From positions 46,676-110,675 of IMG/VR virus record IMGVR_UViG_3300010354_015978: 64,000 nucleotides of DNA. One strand, given 5' to 3'. Below, piece after piece: positions 16,961-26,737 of the stretch. How positions within the stretch are numbered: position 1 is the first letter of the stretch; every line of letters begins with the position of its first letter. The translations under genes were made by a program, and so were the position numbers. The notes under the pieces are model-generated. The model saw only the letters and a program-made list of their open reading frames with translations. It ran no database searches and was not told the origin of the DNA. The DNA is from a virus.

Positions 16961-17135
16961 CACCACAAAACACATGATACAGGATCACGATTTTGTGGTC
17001 AACCATATGGCAGGGTCATGCCCTGCCCAGGAGTCTTACCAGCCGCGTTGCCGCCACGGCCTTCATGTATCCTGTCCGCCCGTTCGACCCATTTGTTGTA
17101 CGCCGGTCCCACCCTCGTTGCGGTATGGCGTATTA
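16961..17135 (-). ncRNA. candidate pseudoknotted RNA at the 5' end of the tRNA array
   Basis: TACGCC/GGCGTA, GGCAGGG/CCCTGCC and ACCACAAAA/TTTTGTGGT hairpins; loop ATCCTGT complementary to upstream ACAGGAT. Confidence 0.55.
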
Positions 17136-17147
17136 GTAAGTCTGTCT

Positions 17148-17176
17148 AGTATACACGACCACTGGGTCAGCGTCAA
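17148..17176 (-). promoter_or_regulatory. sigma70 promoter P2 of the tRNA array
   Basis: TTGACG-17-TATACT. Confidence 0.8.
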
Positions 17177-17199
17177 CTAGTTTCTTACCATGCTAAACG

Positions 17200-17228
17200 A
17201 AAAACCCTGAGTCTTTCGATCTCAGGGT
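17200..17228 (-). terminator. intrinsic terminator (attenuator)
   Basis: ACCCTGAGATC-GAAA-GACTCAGGGT-TTTT. Confidence 0.85.
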
Positions 17229-17259
17229 CCGGTGTAGTCTTGGTGCTTTGGCACTGTGT

Positions 17260-17385
17260 CTACCTGGACCCTCTCCGATCGCTGTTTTCAATCGATACAG
17301 TGAGGCCCTTGCCTGTGGCAAACCAATAGGTTTGCATCACCGGGGTCTGGTGTATCGTTGATGATTTCAAACAGGAATTCTTCAT
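17260..17385 (-). CDS. putative 41-aa leader peptide MKNSCLKSSTIHQTPVMQTYWFATGKGLTVSIENSDRRGSR
   Basis: starts at the predicted +1 of promoter P1; last codons are complementary to the terminator 5' arm. Confidence 0.7.
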   Translation of the reverse strand: MKNSCLKSSTIHQTPVMQTYWFATGKGLTVSIENSDRRGSR

Positions 17386-17395
17386 CACAGGTCCT

Positions 17396-17424
17396 AGTAT
17401 ATGCTCTTATATATGCCTTGTCAA
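17396..17424 (-). promoter_or_regulatory. sigma70 promoter P1 of the tRNA array
   Basis: TTGACA-17-TATACT. Confidence 0.85.
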
Positions 17425-17478
17425 GAACAATCTGGCAAAATAGGCGTTGTTTTTACGCAACAGCCTTTTCCAGCAAGA

Positions 17479-17859
17479 TCACGCTGGGGGAGTTGGCCAA
17501 ATCACATCGGCAGCATTGGCGTAGTTCTGGGGCAAGTCGCGCAGCAGTTGACGATACGCTGCCCACTCAGCTCGCATGGTCTCGGCGCGATCCATGAGTT
17601 GTGTGTGATCGCACTCACGCAGCAATCGATTGCGTTGGGCACGTACCAGTTCCCATGTGGCAGGTGCACTCACTGGCGCCTTGTCCACCAGTGTAAGTTC
17701 TCCGTGTACCACGAGAATTTCTTTGCCGTTGCTGTTGATCTCACGTATCAGTCTGGCATGGTCAACAGCATTGACCTCAATCATGTCATCGGGCAGAGAA
17801 GGATACCGGAATCTGCTGTCGTAAAAACGTCGAGTGCTGGGACTGTAAAGTATGGCCAT
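17479..17859 (-). CDS. tail fibre assembly chaperone
   Basis: YSPSTRRFY; RAQRNRLLRECDHTQLMD; WAAYRQLLRDLPQ; WPTPP; follows the fibre gene. Confidence 0.9.
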   Translation of the reverse strand: MAILYSPSTRRFYDSRFRYPSLPDDMIEVNAVDHARLIREINSNGKEILVVHGELTLVDKAPVSAPATWELVRAQRNRLLRECDHTQLMDRAETMRAEWAAYRQLLRDLPQNYANAADVIWPTPPA

Positions 17860-17860
17860 G

Positions 17861-20800
17861 TCAGTATCCTACCGCGATATAAAACAGTTGTGTGGGCACC
17901 GTGGCCTGACTCTGAGATCTTTGCGACCACCAGGTAAAGGTGGCAGTGTCCAAAGCATAAACCATGGGCCAGTAGTCGTAATTGGAACCAAAAGCATTGT
18001 AGGTCATTGATATGCTCATGCAGGCTGTGGGAAATGCCACAGGGAAAGCCGCAGTGGGCAACTGACCTTCTGTCCAGTTGGCAAACCCACGGTCGATGCG
18101 ACCCCACTGCACGATGATGCTGCGCCCGGTAACAGGATCAGCATCAAACACCATCCATCCAGTGAGTGTGTCGATGGATATGTTTTGAGACACTTGGGTG
18201 CCTGGAGTACCAGCAGGCCCTTGTGGACCAGTTGCGCCGTTGGTGCCATTGTTGCCCGGAGGCCCTTGTACGCCTTGGACACCTTGTGGACCTTGTGGAC
18301 CCTGTGGGCCCGGTACACCGGCCAAGTTCACGGTCCAGGATGTAAATGATCCAGACCCCTGGGTGCTGGTTACATTGATGATCATCTGACCGCTGCCGCT
18401 GTTGTAGGTTTGGATGGTGCCTACCATGTAGCGATTTGCATCGTAGGCCACGATCACAGTCTGTCCAGGTGAGTAGGCCAGTGCAGTGGCAGCAAACAGA
18501 CTCTGGATGCCAGTGGTGATGCTCAGCGCTGTGGTACTGGTGGTGCTGTAGCGATCGCCAGGCAAACCTTGTGGACCTTGGGGACCCGTGATTGATGCAC
18601 CAGCCGGGCCTGGAGGACCCGCAGGGCCCGCAGCACCAGCCGGGCCAGCGGGACCTTGTGGTCCCTGTGGACCAGGGGCGCCTTGTGCGCCAGTGGCACC
18701 AGGGGGGCCAGCGGGACCGGGAACACCAGCAAGGTTTAGGCTCCAGGTATTGAAGGTGCCCGAGCCTTGTGTGGCAGTGACATTGATGGTGATGCTGCCA
18801 GTGTTGGTATTGTAGGTTTGCACCGTACCCACCATGTATCGCGTGGCATCTGCGGCCACGATAACAGTCTGACCCGGCGTGTAGGCCAGGCCTTGCCCTG
18901 GCAGGAAGGTTTTGAGTCCAGTGCCAATAGTGGTGCTGGAGCCTTCTGAGAACGTTTTGGAATATCTATCGCCCGCGGGACCTGGAAGTCCTTGTGCGCC
19001 GGCAGGACCGGCAGGACCGGCAGGACCAGCAGCACCTTGTGGACCTGGTGTTCCGGCCGGGCCCGGAGGACCAGCCGGTCCGGTAGAACCAGCAGGACCC
19101 GTGATACCTTGTGGTCCAGGAGGACCAGCAGGACCGGCAGGACCCTGTGGACCCGTGGCACCCTGTGGACCCGTGGCACCTGTGGCTCCGGCAGGGCCGG
19201 CAGGGCCAGTAGCACCGGCAGGACCTTGCGGACCCTGTGGGCCCGGAGCACCTGTGGCGCCTGCAAGGTTCACAGTCCAAGAGGTGTAGGTACCAGAACC
19301 GGTCTGCGATGTTACTACAAAAATCAGTTGTCCGTTGTTGACGTTGTAAGACGACACAGTGCCCTGCATGAAGTTGCCGCCATTGGCTGCAACCAGGATA
19401 CTCTGTCCAGCACTATAGGCCAAGCCTGCCTGCACTGTAATGGTGTAGGTTCCGGATCCTATAGAGAAGGTATTGCTGCTGGTGGTGCTGTATCGATCAC
19501 CCTGTGGTCCCTGTGGGCCCTGTGGTCCTTGGGCTCCGGCGGGACCTTGAGGACCTTGAGCTCCAGTGGGACCAGTTGGACCAATTGGGCCTTGCGGACC
19601 CACAGGACCTGTCGGACCTGCGGGACCTTGGGCGCCTACTGCACCTGCCAGGCTGATGGCCCATTGTGCGTAACTGCCACCGCCCTGGATCGAGGTCACG
19701 TTGACAATACAGGCACCTGTGGTGGCATTGTAACTCTGTATCACGCCGTTCATGAGATTTTCAGAGTTGACTGACACGATCACGCTCTGGCCAGGTTGAT
19801 AGGCCAGGCTGGGACCAATATTGAAATTCTTCACGCCCACGCTGAGTGGTGTCAGTGTAGAAGTGAAACTTGAACTGTAGCGATCACCGGGCGCACCAGC
19901 AGGACCTGCAGGGCCAGTTGCACCTGCAGCACCGGCAGGACCAGCGGGACCTTGTGGTCCTTGCGGTCCCGGCAATCCTGTTGTGGGGCCAGGTGGTCCG
20001 CGTTCACCCTGTGGTCCCTGTGGACCTGTGGCACCTTGCTGTCCAGGTTGTCCTTGTGGACCAGTGGCACCTTGTGGACCTTGCGCACCCGCAGTGCCCT
20101 GTGGACCCACGAGACCACTGAGGTTGATCACCCAGTCGGCATAGGTTCCCGATCCTACTACACTCAGCACGTTGACCAAGAGCTGACCGCTGTTGCGATT
20201 GTAGGATATCACACGTCCTTCCATGTAGGTAGACGCGGTGTTGGTCATGATTATGGGCTGCGCCGGTGTCAGCGCCAAGCCAGTGTCCGTGGTAAAGAAA
20301 ACTTCGCCCAGGCGCATGGTCACGGCGGTGGTGCTGAGACCAAAGTATCTGTCGCCGCGCTGGCCGTCGGCTCCCGCGGGTCCTTGTGGACCAATGGGTC
20401 CTTGTGGTCCCGGCGGGCCCTGTTGGATGGTCGCGCTGATAGTGGCCAAGACACCGTTGCGCTCCACGGTGATAAAGTCACCGCCCTGGATGTCTACGAT
20501 GCCGGTGTTTTCAATAAAGGTCTGACCAAGATAGGTGGTGGCATTGATGCCAGTACCACCGGTCACTGTGAGCACACCGGTGTTGTTGACCGTGATGTTG
20601 CCCTGTGTCTGTATGGGACCGCCCTGCACTGATATGCCAGGACCTGCAGTGATACCAATCTCGCTCACACCCGACGTGGGCACCACGATGTCGCTGGTGC
20701 CATCAAACAGGATACCGTTGATGAGCCGGCCCGGCGATAGTTTGCTGGCGCTGCTGGCCAGGCCCTTGAATTCTATCGTGGGCAGCAAATTGATGCCCAC

Positions 20801-21508
20801 CACCAGGGTCTCAAAGCCCGCAGGACGATCTGCTGGCAGTATGGTAAAGGCATCTTTGCTGATGATGGCCAGAGCCGTGCCATCCACATAGGCCACAATC
20901 ACAGCATGTTCGTCAAAGTTAGTGTCGCGCATCATCTCGCTGCTCCAGCGAGTGATGGCAAAGTTGGAAACGTTTTCGGGACCCACGAAATACCAGGCAT
21001 TGTCGCGATATACGAACAGTTGATCGCTGGTATTGTCAAAGTACATCTGTCCCTGCAGGGCGTTGTCAGGCGGGGTAGCAGTGACCTGTATGAGATTGAC
21101 CGGAGCCCATCCGCCCACGATGGTGTCATTACGTATGGTCAGGAACTGTGTGGCGGGATTGTACCAAAGGTCGCCGTTGTTGAGGCTGGTAGTGGGCTCG
21201 TCAACATCAAAGTACACAGTGTAGATGGGCTTCCAAGATCCCTGCTCGGGCAGTATGGTGGGATCACCCTGCCAGGCATACATCTTGTCGTTGGACGTGT
21301 TCCACCACAACTGTCCCTCGATGGGGTTGGGCGGTGGGCTGTCATCAGCGAAATTCTCCAACTGATGCACTAGATTCTCTACTTCGTATTCGCCGTAGGG
21401 AGTGACGTTGCGTCCCACCAGTGTTTGACTGGTAGCGGTTGTATTGATAGTGCCGTCTTCTACGACTGCAATCACCTGTCCACGACTGTTGTTTACGATA
21501 TACGCCAT
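17861..21508 (-). CDS. collagen-like tail fibre protein
   Basis: myovirus fibre N-terminus (LENFA..PP.NP.EGQLWW); G-X-Y tracts alternating with five GDRY(S/F) modules; C-terminal IVQWG...FPVAFPTAC tip. Confidence 0.9.
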   Translation of the reverse strand: MAYIVNNSRGQVIAVVEDGTINTTATSQTLVGRNVTPYGEYEVENLVHQLENFADDSPPPNPIEGQLWWNTSNDKMYAWQGDPTILPEQGSWKPIYTVYFDVDEPTTSLNNGDLWYNPATQFLTIRNDTIVGGWAPVNLIQVTATPPDNALQGQMYFDNTSDQLFVYRDNAWYFVGPENVSNFAITRWSSEMMRDTNFDEHAVIVAYVDGTALAIISKDAFTILPADRPAGFETLVVGINLLPTIEFKGLASSASKLSPGRLINGILFDGTSDIVVPTSGVSEIGITAGPGISVQGGPIQTQGNITVNNTGVLTVTGGTGINATTYLGQTFIENTGIVDIQGGDFITVERNGVLATISATIQQGPPGPQGPIGPQGPAGADGQRGDRYFGLSTTAVTMRLGEVFFTTDTGLALTPAQPIIMTNTASTYMEGRVISYNRNSGQLLVNVLSVVGSGTYADWVINLSGLVGPQGTAGAQGPQGATGPQGQPGQQGATGPQGPQGERGPPGPTTGLPGPQGPQGPAGPAGAAGATGPAGPAGAPGDRYSSSFTSTLTPLSVGVKNFNIGPSLAYQPGQSVIVSVNSENLMNGVIQSYNATTGACIVNVTSIQGGGSYAQWAISLAGAVGAQGPAGPTGPVGPQGPIGPTGPTGAQGPQGPAGAQGPQGPQGPQGDRYSTTSSNTFSIGSGTYTITVQAGLAYSAGQSILVAANGGNFMQGTVSSYNVNNGQLIFVVTSQTGSGTYTSWTVNLAGATGAPGPQGPQGPAGATGPAGPAGATGATGPQGATGPQGPAGPAGPPGPQGITGPAGSTGPAGPPGPAGTPGPQGAAGPAGPAGPAGAQGLPGPAGDRYSKTFSEGSSTTIGTGLKTFLPGQGLAYTPGQTVIVAADATRYMVGTVQTYNTNTGSITINVTATQGSGTFNTWSLNLAGVPGPAGPPGATGAQGAPGPQGPQGPAGPAGAAGPAGPPGPAGASITGPQGPQGLPGDRYSTTSTTALSITTGIQSLFAATALAYSPGQTVIVAYDANRYMVGTIQTYNSGSGQMIINVTSTQGSGSFTSWTVNLAGVPGPQGPQGPQGVQGVQGPPGNNGTNGATGPQGPAGTPGTQVSQNISIDTLTGWMVFDADPVTGRSIIVQWGRIDRGFANWTEGQLPTAAFPVAFPTACMSISMTYNAFGSNYDYWPMVYALDTATFTWWSQRSQSQATVPTQLFYIAVGY

Positions 21509-21574
21509 GTTGTTCTCTCGGTACTACCTATTTATCCAATAAAGCGCCTACAAGTTGCGCCCAGAAATCTCCGG

Positions 21575-22447
21575 CTATTTTGTGGCTGCCGAGATGCTTT
21601 CGTAGGATTTTTTCAGTTTACTGTCAAAATACTGTCTGGCATTGACAGCGGGGTATTTGTTTATGCCCACTAGACTATCTATCATGATTTCCGCACGGGG
21701 ATGGATAAAATACGGAAAACTCAGGCGTGATCTATCCAGGGCCGCGTTGGTCACTCGATGGCGTGTGCTGACATAGACATCGTTGGTCCAGCGTTGCAGT
21801 AGATCGCCCACGTTGACCAGGCACGCACCGGGCATGTAGGGCGCTGTGATCCAGTTGCCCTGCCGGGTCTTGACTTCTAGTCCCGGCACATCGTTCTGCC
21901 ACAACAGGGTCAACGTGCCGATGTCGGTGTGTTCACCGCCGCGTGTCTGTCCTGGCAATACAGCGTCCTGCCAGCGGGGATAGTGTATCCAGCGAAGGGT
22001 GCTGGTAGTGCTGTTGGTGTGCTGGCTGATCAAGAAACCCAGGGGTAGATCCAGGGCTTCTTCCAGCAGGGACAGCATGATGATCATGCTGTCCCGGCAA
22101 CTTTGCGTCCAAGCATAGGCTGCTTGTTGATGATAGGCAGTGGGCCAAATCTTGTCATGCGGCCTACCAGGTCCCCAGGTCATGGCCTCGTGTAGATCAA
22201 ACGGAGTGCCAGGGCGGAAACTTTCCAGGAATCTCTCAAACCCTGTGTTGGTGTGGAGATCATAGGGTGCTGCCTGCGTGAGCAGGGATTCGGGCAGCGC
22301 GAACAGGGATTCAGCAGCGGCCAGGGCGCGTTCAAAAGGTCCACCACTGGTGGGCAGGCCCTTGACATAGGCAAACCCAACAGTGGTGAAGGCTTGGTGT
22401 AGAGCTCGGGCGCAGCCTGGCTGATCGATATCTACACAGGGTATCAT
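21575..22447 (-). CDS. isopenicillin N synthase-family 2OG-Fe(II) dioxygenase
   Basis: HTD.G.LTLL; NVGDLLQRWTND; HRV; R.S. Confidence 0.92.
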   Translation of the reverse strand: MIPCVDIDQPGCARALHQAFTTVGFAYVKGLPTSGGPFERALAAAESLFALPESLLTQAAPYDLHTNTGFERFLESFRPGTPFDLHEAMTWGPGRPHDKIWPTAYHQQAAYAWTQSCRDSMIIMLSLLEEALDLPLGFLISQHTNSTTSTLRWIHYPRWQDAVLPGQTRGGEHTDIGTLTLLWQNDVPGLEVKTRQGNWITAPYMPGACLVNVGDLLQRWTNDVYVSTRHRVTNAALDRSRLSFPYFIHPRAEIMIDSLVGINKYPAVNARQYFDSKLKKSYESISAATK

Positions 22448-22956
22448 GCTCTGGTCATGACTTTACACAGAGCGGCAATCACTGCCGCTGTGCGACCAAT
22501 ATCTCGTAGTTGTTCCACCGACACGCCCTCTTTGCGCAGCACGTCATAGTGGTTCTTCACGCAGAAATGACACTTGCCCACGATACTGGCAGCCAAGGCA
22601 TAGGTCTCGAACTTGGTCTTGGTGGTACCGCCATGCGTGGCGTAGGCGTTCATGCGCAACTGCGCAGGCAGGCCCCGGAGAGCAGGATCTTCGGTCATCT
22701 CAACATAGGGATACCAAACATTGTTCATGGCCATGAGACTGGCCGCGGTCAGGGCCGCAGTGCGATCTTCCTCCAGCATGGTGGGTTTGATGCGTTCTAC
22801 TATTTCTGCGTTGCCGGCAGCAAAGGCCGCGGCCAAACACACGCCCTTGACAGTGACTTCATCCAGGGTACTGCGGTTGACCACAGCATCAAGGTTGAGC
22901 CTGATGTCTTTGGCATAGTCAGGGATCCAGTCTTTGATTTCGTCGGTCCAGCTCAT
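22444..22956 (-). CDS. ahpD: alkyl hydroperoxide reductase AhpD
   Basis: PDYAKDIRLNL; MAMNNVWY; CHFCVKNH. Confidence 0.93.
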   Translation of the reverse strand: MSWTDEIKDWIPDYAKDIRLNLDAVVNRSTLDEVTVKGVCLAAAFAAGNAEIVERIKPTMLEEDRTAALTAASLMAMNNVWYPYVEMTEDPALRGLPAQLRMNAYATHGGTTKTKFETYALAASIVGKCHFCVKNHYDVLRKEGVSVEQLRDIGRTAAVIAALCKVMTRA

Positions 22957-23062
22957 TTCTTTTTCCTATATAGATGTTCGGCCAGCATCACGGCGATGAC
23001 CACCGTGATGCTGACCACAACAAGTTTGAACAGCCATGCATCTACGAGGCTGTTGATCAACA

Positions 23063-23596
23063 TTACAGTGTCTCGCCGCCGATGGCGCGATTGCAGGGGC
23101 AGAGTTCGCCGGTCTGCAAGGCGTCCAATACGCGCAGGGTCTCTTCGGGGCTGCGGCCCACGTTGAGGTTGTTGACCGTGACATGCTGTATCACGTTATC
23201 GGGATCCACGATGAACGTGGCGCGCAGGGCAGCACCAGCAGGTGCGTAGAACACGCCCAACTGATCGATGAGACTGCGCTCGTCGCGAGCAGTATCAGCA
23301 AACTGTACATGCGTGATCTTGGCAAGATCGGGGTGGGCTTTCTGCCAGGCCAACTTGCAGAACTCGTTGTCGGTGCTGCCGGTCAGCAACACAGCATCGC
23401 GATCCGCGAAATCTTTGGTCAGGCGGTCATAGGCCACGATCTCGGTGGGACACACAAAGGTAAAGTCCTTGGGATAGTAAACGATGACTTTCCATTTGCC
23501 GGCAAAAGATTCTTCAGTGATGGTGAAGAAATCATCCCGGCCCGGGTTCACGCCAGTGATGGCAAACTTTTCAATTCGGTCTCCGACTGTTTTCAT
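23063..23596 (-). CDS. ahpC: peroxiredoxin AhpC
   Basis: YPKDFTFVCPTE; GRSPEETLRVLDALQ; LCPC. Confidence 0.96.
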   Translation of the reverse strand: MKTVGDRIEKFAITGVNPGRDDFFTITEESFAGKWKVIVYYPKDFTFVCPTEIVAYDRLTKDFADRDAVLLTGSTDNEFCKLAWQKAHPDLAKITHVQFADTARDERSLIDQLGVFYAPAGAALRATFIVDPDNVIQHVTVNNLNVGRSPEETLRVLDALQTGELCPCNRAIGGETL

Positions 23597-23677
23597 TTGA
23601 TTCTCCTTGATGATAAACTAGACACATTATATAGCCTGCAGATGCCTATAGATCCGCGTTTTTTCATAGGTTTTTCC

Positions 23678-23714
23678 ATGGTTTGTTTCTATGGAGTCCA
23701 TAGGCTGCACCTAT
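23678..23714. promoter_or_regulatory. OxyR-type operator
   Basis: ATGG-N7-CTAT-N7-ATAG-N7-CTAT upstream of ahpC. Confidence 0.75.
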
Positions 23715-23732
23715 GACCAGTCTGGCTAAATA

Positions 23733-23833
23733 TCTCCGGGGAGTAGCCAGCCCAAGGGTGGGCTTCCAGGATCGTCAGCACGGCGCGCAGCGTCCGGTCC
23801 TGGGACGAAGAGGCAAGACCATTACTTGGGAGA
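23733..23833 (+). promoter_or_regulatory. yybP-ykoY (Mn2+) riboswitch
   Basis: GGGGAGTAGC...CGTCAGCAC...GGCAAGACC, directly upstream of terC/alx. Confidence 0.88.
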
Positions 23834-23839
23834 TCCTGT

Positions 23840-24781
23840 ATGGACTTGCTGTTGTCGGCGGCTGTGCTGCCTTGGATTGTATTTTTCATCTTGGTAATCG
23901 CGCTCCTGGCGTTCGACCTTGGAGTGCTTAATCGCAAAGACCACGAGATTTCAGTGCGCGAAAGCCTGTGGCTGTCCGCGTTCTACATAGCAGTGGCGGT
24001 GGTGTTTGGTCTGGGCGTGTGGTGGTGGCGTGGCGGAGAAGATGCGCTGCTGTACTATACCGGCTTTCTTGTAGAAAAAAGCCTGAGTCTAGACAATGTT
24101 TTTGTTTTTGCCTTGATCTTTGGTGCCCTGGGCATACCCAGACTCTACGAACACCGGGTGTTGGTATGGGGCATACTGGCCGCGCTGGTGTTGCGGGCTG
24201 CGTTCATAGGATTTGGCGCAGCGGCCGTGAGTGAGTGGCAGTGGATACTGTGGTTCTTTGGCGCGTTCCTGATCTACACCGGCGCCAAGATGCTGTGGGC
24301 CCAGGATGAAGAACCTGCTGGCCTGGAAAACAATCGAGTGTATCAATGGATGCAGCAGCGCATGAACCTCACCACCGAGTACCGTGGACATGCGTTCTGG
24401 TTCAGGGAAAATGGCGTGCGTTATTTCACGCCGCTGTTCGTGGCGCTGGTGCTGATCAACATAGCAGACATAGTGTTTGCCGTGGACTCTGTGCCGGCCA
24501 TCTTGGCCATCACCCAGGATCCTTTCATTGTGTACACCAGCAACATCTTTGCCATACTGGGACTGCGAGCCCTGTACTTTGCGCTCAGTGCCATGATACA
24601 CCGATTCCACTATCTCAAGTATGCCCTGGCCTTGATCCTGGTGCTGATCGGCGTCAAGATCGTGCTGATGATGTTGGGAATCAAGTTGGCACCGGCCATC
24701 ACCCTAAGCCTGACCTTTGGTCTCTTGGCGTCGGGTGTGGGCTACAGCATGTGGCGGACACGACATGAAACCGTTGCGTAA
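23840..24781 (+). CDS. terC: TerC/Alx family metal homeostasis membrane protein
   Basis: EKSLSLDNVFVF; DIVFAVDSVPAI; SNIFAILGLRALYF. Confidence 0.95.
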   Translation: MDLLLSAAVLPWIVFFILVIALLAFDLGVLNRKDHEISVRESLWLSAFYIAVAVVFGLGVWWWRGGEDALLYYTGFLVEKSLSLDNVFVFALIFGALGIPRLYEHRVLVWGILAALVLRAAFIGFGAAAVSEWQWILWFFGAFLIYTGAKMLWAQDEEPAGLENNRVYQWMQQRMNLTTEYRGHAFWFRENGVRYFTPLFVALVLINIADIVFAVDSVPAILAITQDPFIVYTSNIFAILGLRALYFALSAMIHRFHYLKYALALILVLIGVKIVLMMLGIKLAPAITLSLTFGLLASGVGYSMWRTRHETVA

Positions 24782-24857
24782 CATCACCCGCGCTGATCTA
24801 GTGATCAGACTGTTGGTAGTGGCTGTGTCGGTATTGGCCTGGGCCTGCTACCGATAG

Positions 24858-25184
24858 TCACGACACTAGGTTCTTGACCATCAGGATCTGTTGGTCAATG
24901 TCGGCGCGCTGGCGCAAAAGATCCAGCAGCGCGGGATTGCTCTTGGCCAGCTCGACCAGTTCCTGCTCACGGGCCTGGGCCTGTTTGGCCCACTCCAGAA
25001 CCGAGCGCACTTCCGGCGCTAGGTCCACGTGGGTGGCTGGCATGGATCTCCACATGCTGCCGTCCCAGACTTCGGTGTTATAGGTCTGCACGTTGTAGCG
25101 CATCATGCCCAGTCCCACTGCGCCGGTGTTGCTGGCATACACACTCTCACTCCAGGCGGTGAGCCCGGGTCCGGTCTTGATCAT
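24858..25184 (-). CDS. hypothetical protein
   Basis: ATGA-coupled; GMMRYN...EVWDG pattern plus coiled coil. Confidence 0.75.
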   Translation of the reverse strand: MIKTGPGLTAWSESVYASNTGAVGLGMMRYNVQTYNTEVWDGSMWRSMPATHVDLAPEVRSVLEWAKQAQAREQELVELAKSNPALLDLLRQRADIDQQILMVKNLVS

Positions 25185-25483
25185 TGTCGCATGCTTTCCA
25201 TGGTGATGAGTTTGCCCAGTTCCCGATCAAAGTCCTGTTCTTCGGTGATGATGTAGTGGCGAGAATCCATGCGATCTCGAACTCGGTCATGTGCGCGAAA
25301 GGTCACCACAAAACCACCTATGACTTTTTTGACCATGATATGCAGTCCGTCTCCCCAATTGGTGCTTTCTTCGGGCTGAACCTCTAACAACGTGTCAAGA
25401 GATTGCTTAATAGGCCTCCCATGTCTGGGCTGCTCCATTGCCCAGCGGAATTTTGCCAAAAACCATTTGTCAAACCATTTCAT
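25181..25483 (-). CDS. hypothetical protein
   Basis: GGAG RBS; ATGA coupling. Confidence 0.75.
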   Translation of the reverse strand: MKWFDKWFLAKFRWAMEQPRHGRPIKQSLDTLLEVQPEESTNWGDGLHIMVKKVIGGFVVTFRAHDRVRDRMDSRHYIITEEQDFDRELGKLITMESMRQ

Positions 25484-25794
25484 AAAGGCTCCTTTGATAT
25501 CAATTTGCGACGTGCAGGCGTATATTGTCCCGCACCAGTACCGTCACCGTTGATGGAGTTGTACCCAAATCCCAGCCCACGCCCGCCATCACCGTGTTCC
25601 AACCAAGGAGTGATGTATTCGCTCACAGCACCGTAGCCATTACCGCTGGCAAACGCCGTGGAGCCGAAGCCTTGTCCGTTGCTGTATCTGTCACCGTAGC
25701 CAAATCCTTGGCCATGCCCACGTCCATCGCCGTAGGCGTGCCCGAACCCATCACCATAGCCGTTGCCACTGGGGGTACCTACTGGCCAATACAT
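25480..25794 (-). CDS. Gly-rich (GxGYG/GDG repeat) protein
   Basis: GNGYGDGFGHAYGDG repeats. Confidence 0.65.
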   Translation of the reverse strand: MYWPVGTPSGNGYGDGFGHAYGDGRGHGQGFGYGDRYSNGQGFGSTAFASGNGYGAVSEYITPWLEHGDGGRGLGFGYNSINGDGTGAGQYTPARRKLISKEPL

Positions 25795-26033
25795 GCCAAC
25801 CCCCACTCTTGATCCACGGGCACCGAAAAGATTTCCACAGACTCAGGGATGTCAAGATCAGCCATGGGTCTGAGATCTGCTTGCTCGGGATGTTGTATCA
25901 CACCGTTGAATCCAATCTTTTCCCACTTGAAAACCCATACCACGCGGCTGAGTCGTATGCGTCCGTGCTCGCGACGTGCGTCGCCGGCAAAGATCCAACC
26001 ACGATCCAGTACCATGATCACTCTATTGCTCAT
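25779..26033 (-). CDS. hypothetical protein
   Basis: ATGA-coupled; precedes the Gly-rich ORF. Confidence 0.7.
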   Translation of the reverse strand: MSNRVIMVLDRGWIFAGDARREHGRIRLSRVVWVFKWEKIGFNGVIQHPEQADLRPMADLDIPESVEIFSVPVDQEWGLACIGQ

Positions 26034-26737
26034 GCGTTTGTCTCCAATGTATCCACTATCATGTCAGCAAAGGCTCTGTGCGCTTCCACACCTGGGTGGA
26101 TACCATCGGGATCAAGGCTGTTGATGACATGGCTGTATTCATACATGCCAACGCCAGGCTCGGCCCGCACATAGTTGGCATCAAAATCTTTTATCACTGC
26201 GCCCAGGGTCTCGTGCTGGGTGTAGTCCATCATGGTCATGAAACGAAACGCCAGACCTTGATCTTGTAGGTAGTGCATGAACATGCGTAGCAGCGTGGCG
26301 TTTTGTTGTTCCACGCGCTCAAAACCCATGTCCTTAATCACGGCGTGGTGGCCAATCAACCATCCGTAGTCCAGCACTGTGCCATCCCAAGGTATGGTGT
26401 GCAGATTGGGATGATCCAGCCCGCATTGTACATGATATCGAGCAGGATCGCTGACATTGAATACCACCAAGGTATGCTGTGGGCGATAAAGAAATTTGGT
26501 CAGCACATCGCAGATCGTGATCACCGTGGGCATGATACCACCGCCACAAAACGACAGATTCACCAGGCTATTTGCCTCCAGCCGTTGCGCTAAGAATCCA
26601 GCCCAGGTCTTGGGATCGCTTGCATTGTCGCCCACATAACTATTGCCGCCCCGGAAATTCGCCTTGGTAGGAGGAACACCGCCGATACCATCAGCAGTGA
26701 AACTACACCCAGCCGTGATCAAATGTCTATACTTCAT
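26030..26737 (-). CDS. SGNH/GDSL-like protein
   Basis: AGCSFT; DGIHP. Confidence 0.75.
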   Translation of the reverse strand: MKYRHLITAGCSFTADGIGGVPPTKANFRGGNSYVGDNASDPKTWAGFLAQRLEANSLVNLSFCGGGIMPTVITICDVLTKFLYRPQHTLVVFNVSDPARYHVQCGLDHPNLHTIPWDGTVLDYGWLIGHHAVIKDMGFERVEQQNATLLRMFMHYLQDQGLAFRFMTMMDYTQHETLGAVIKDFDANYVRAEPGVGMYEYSHVINSLDPDGIHPGVEAHRAFADMIVDTLETNA

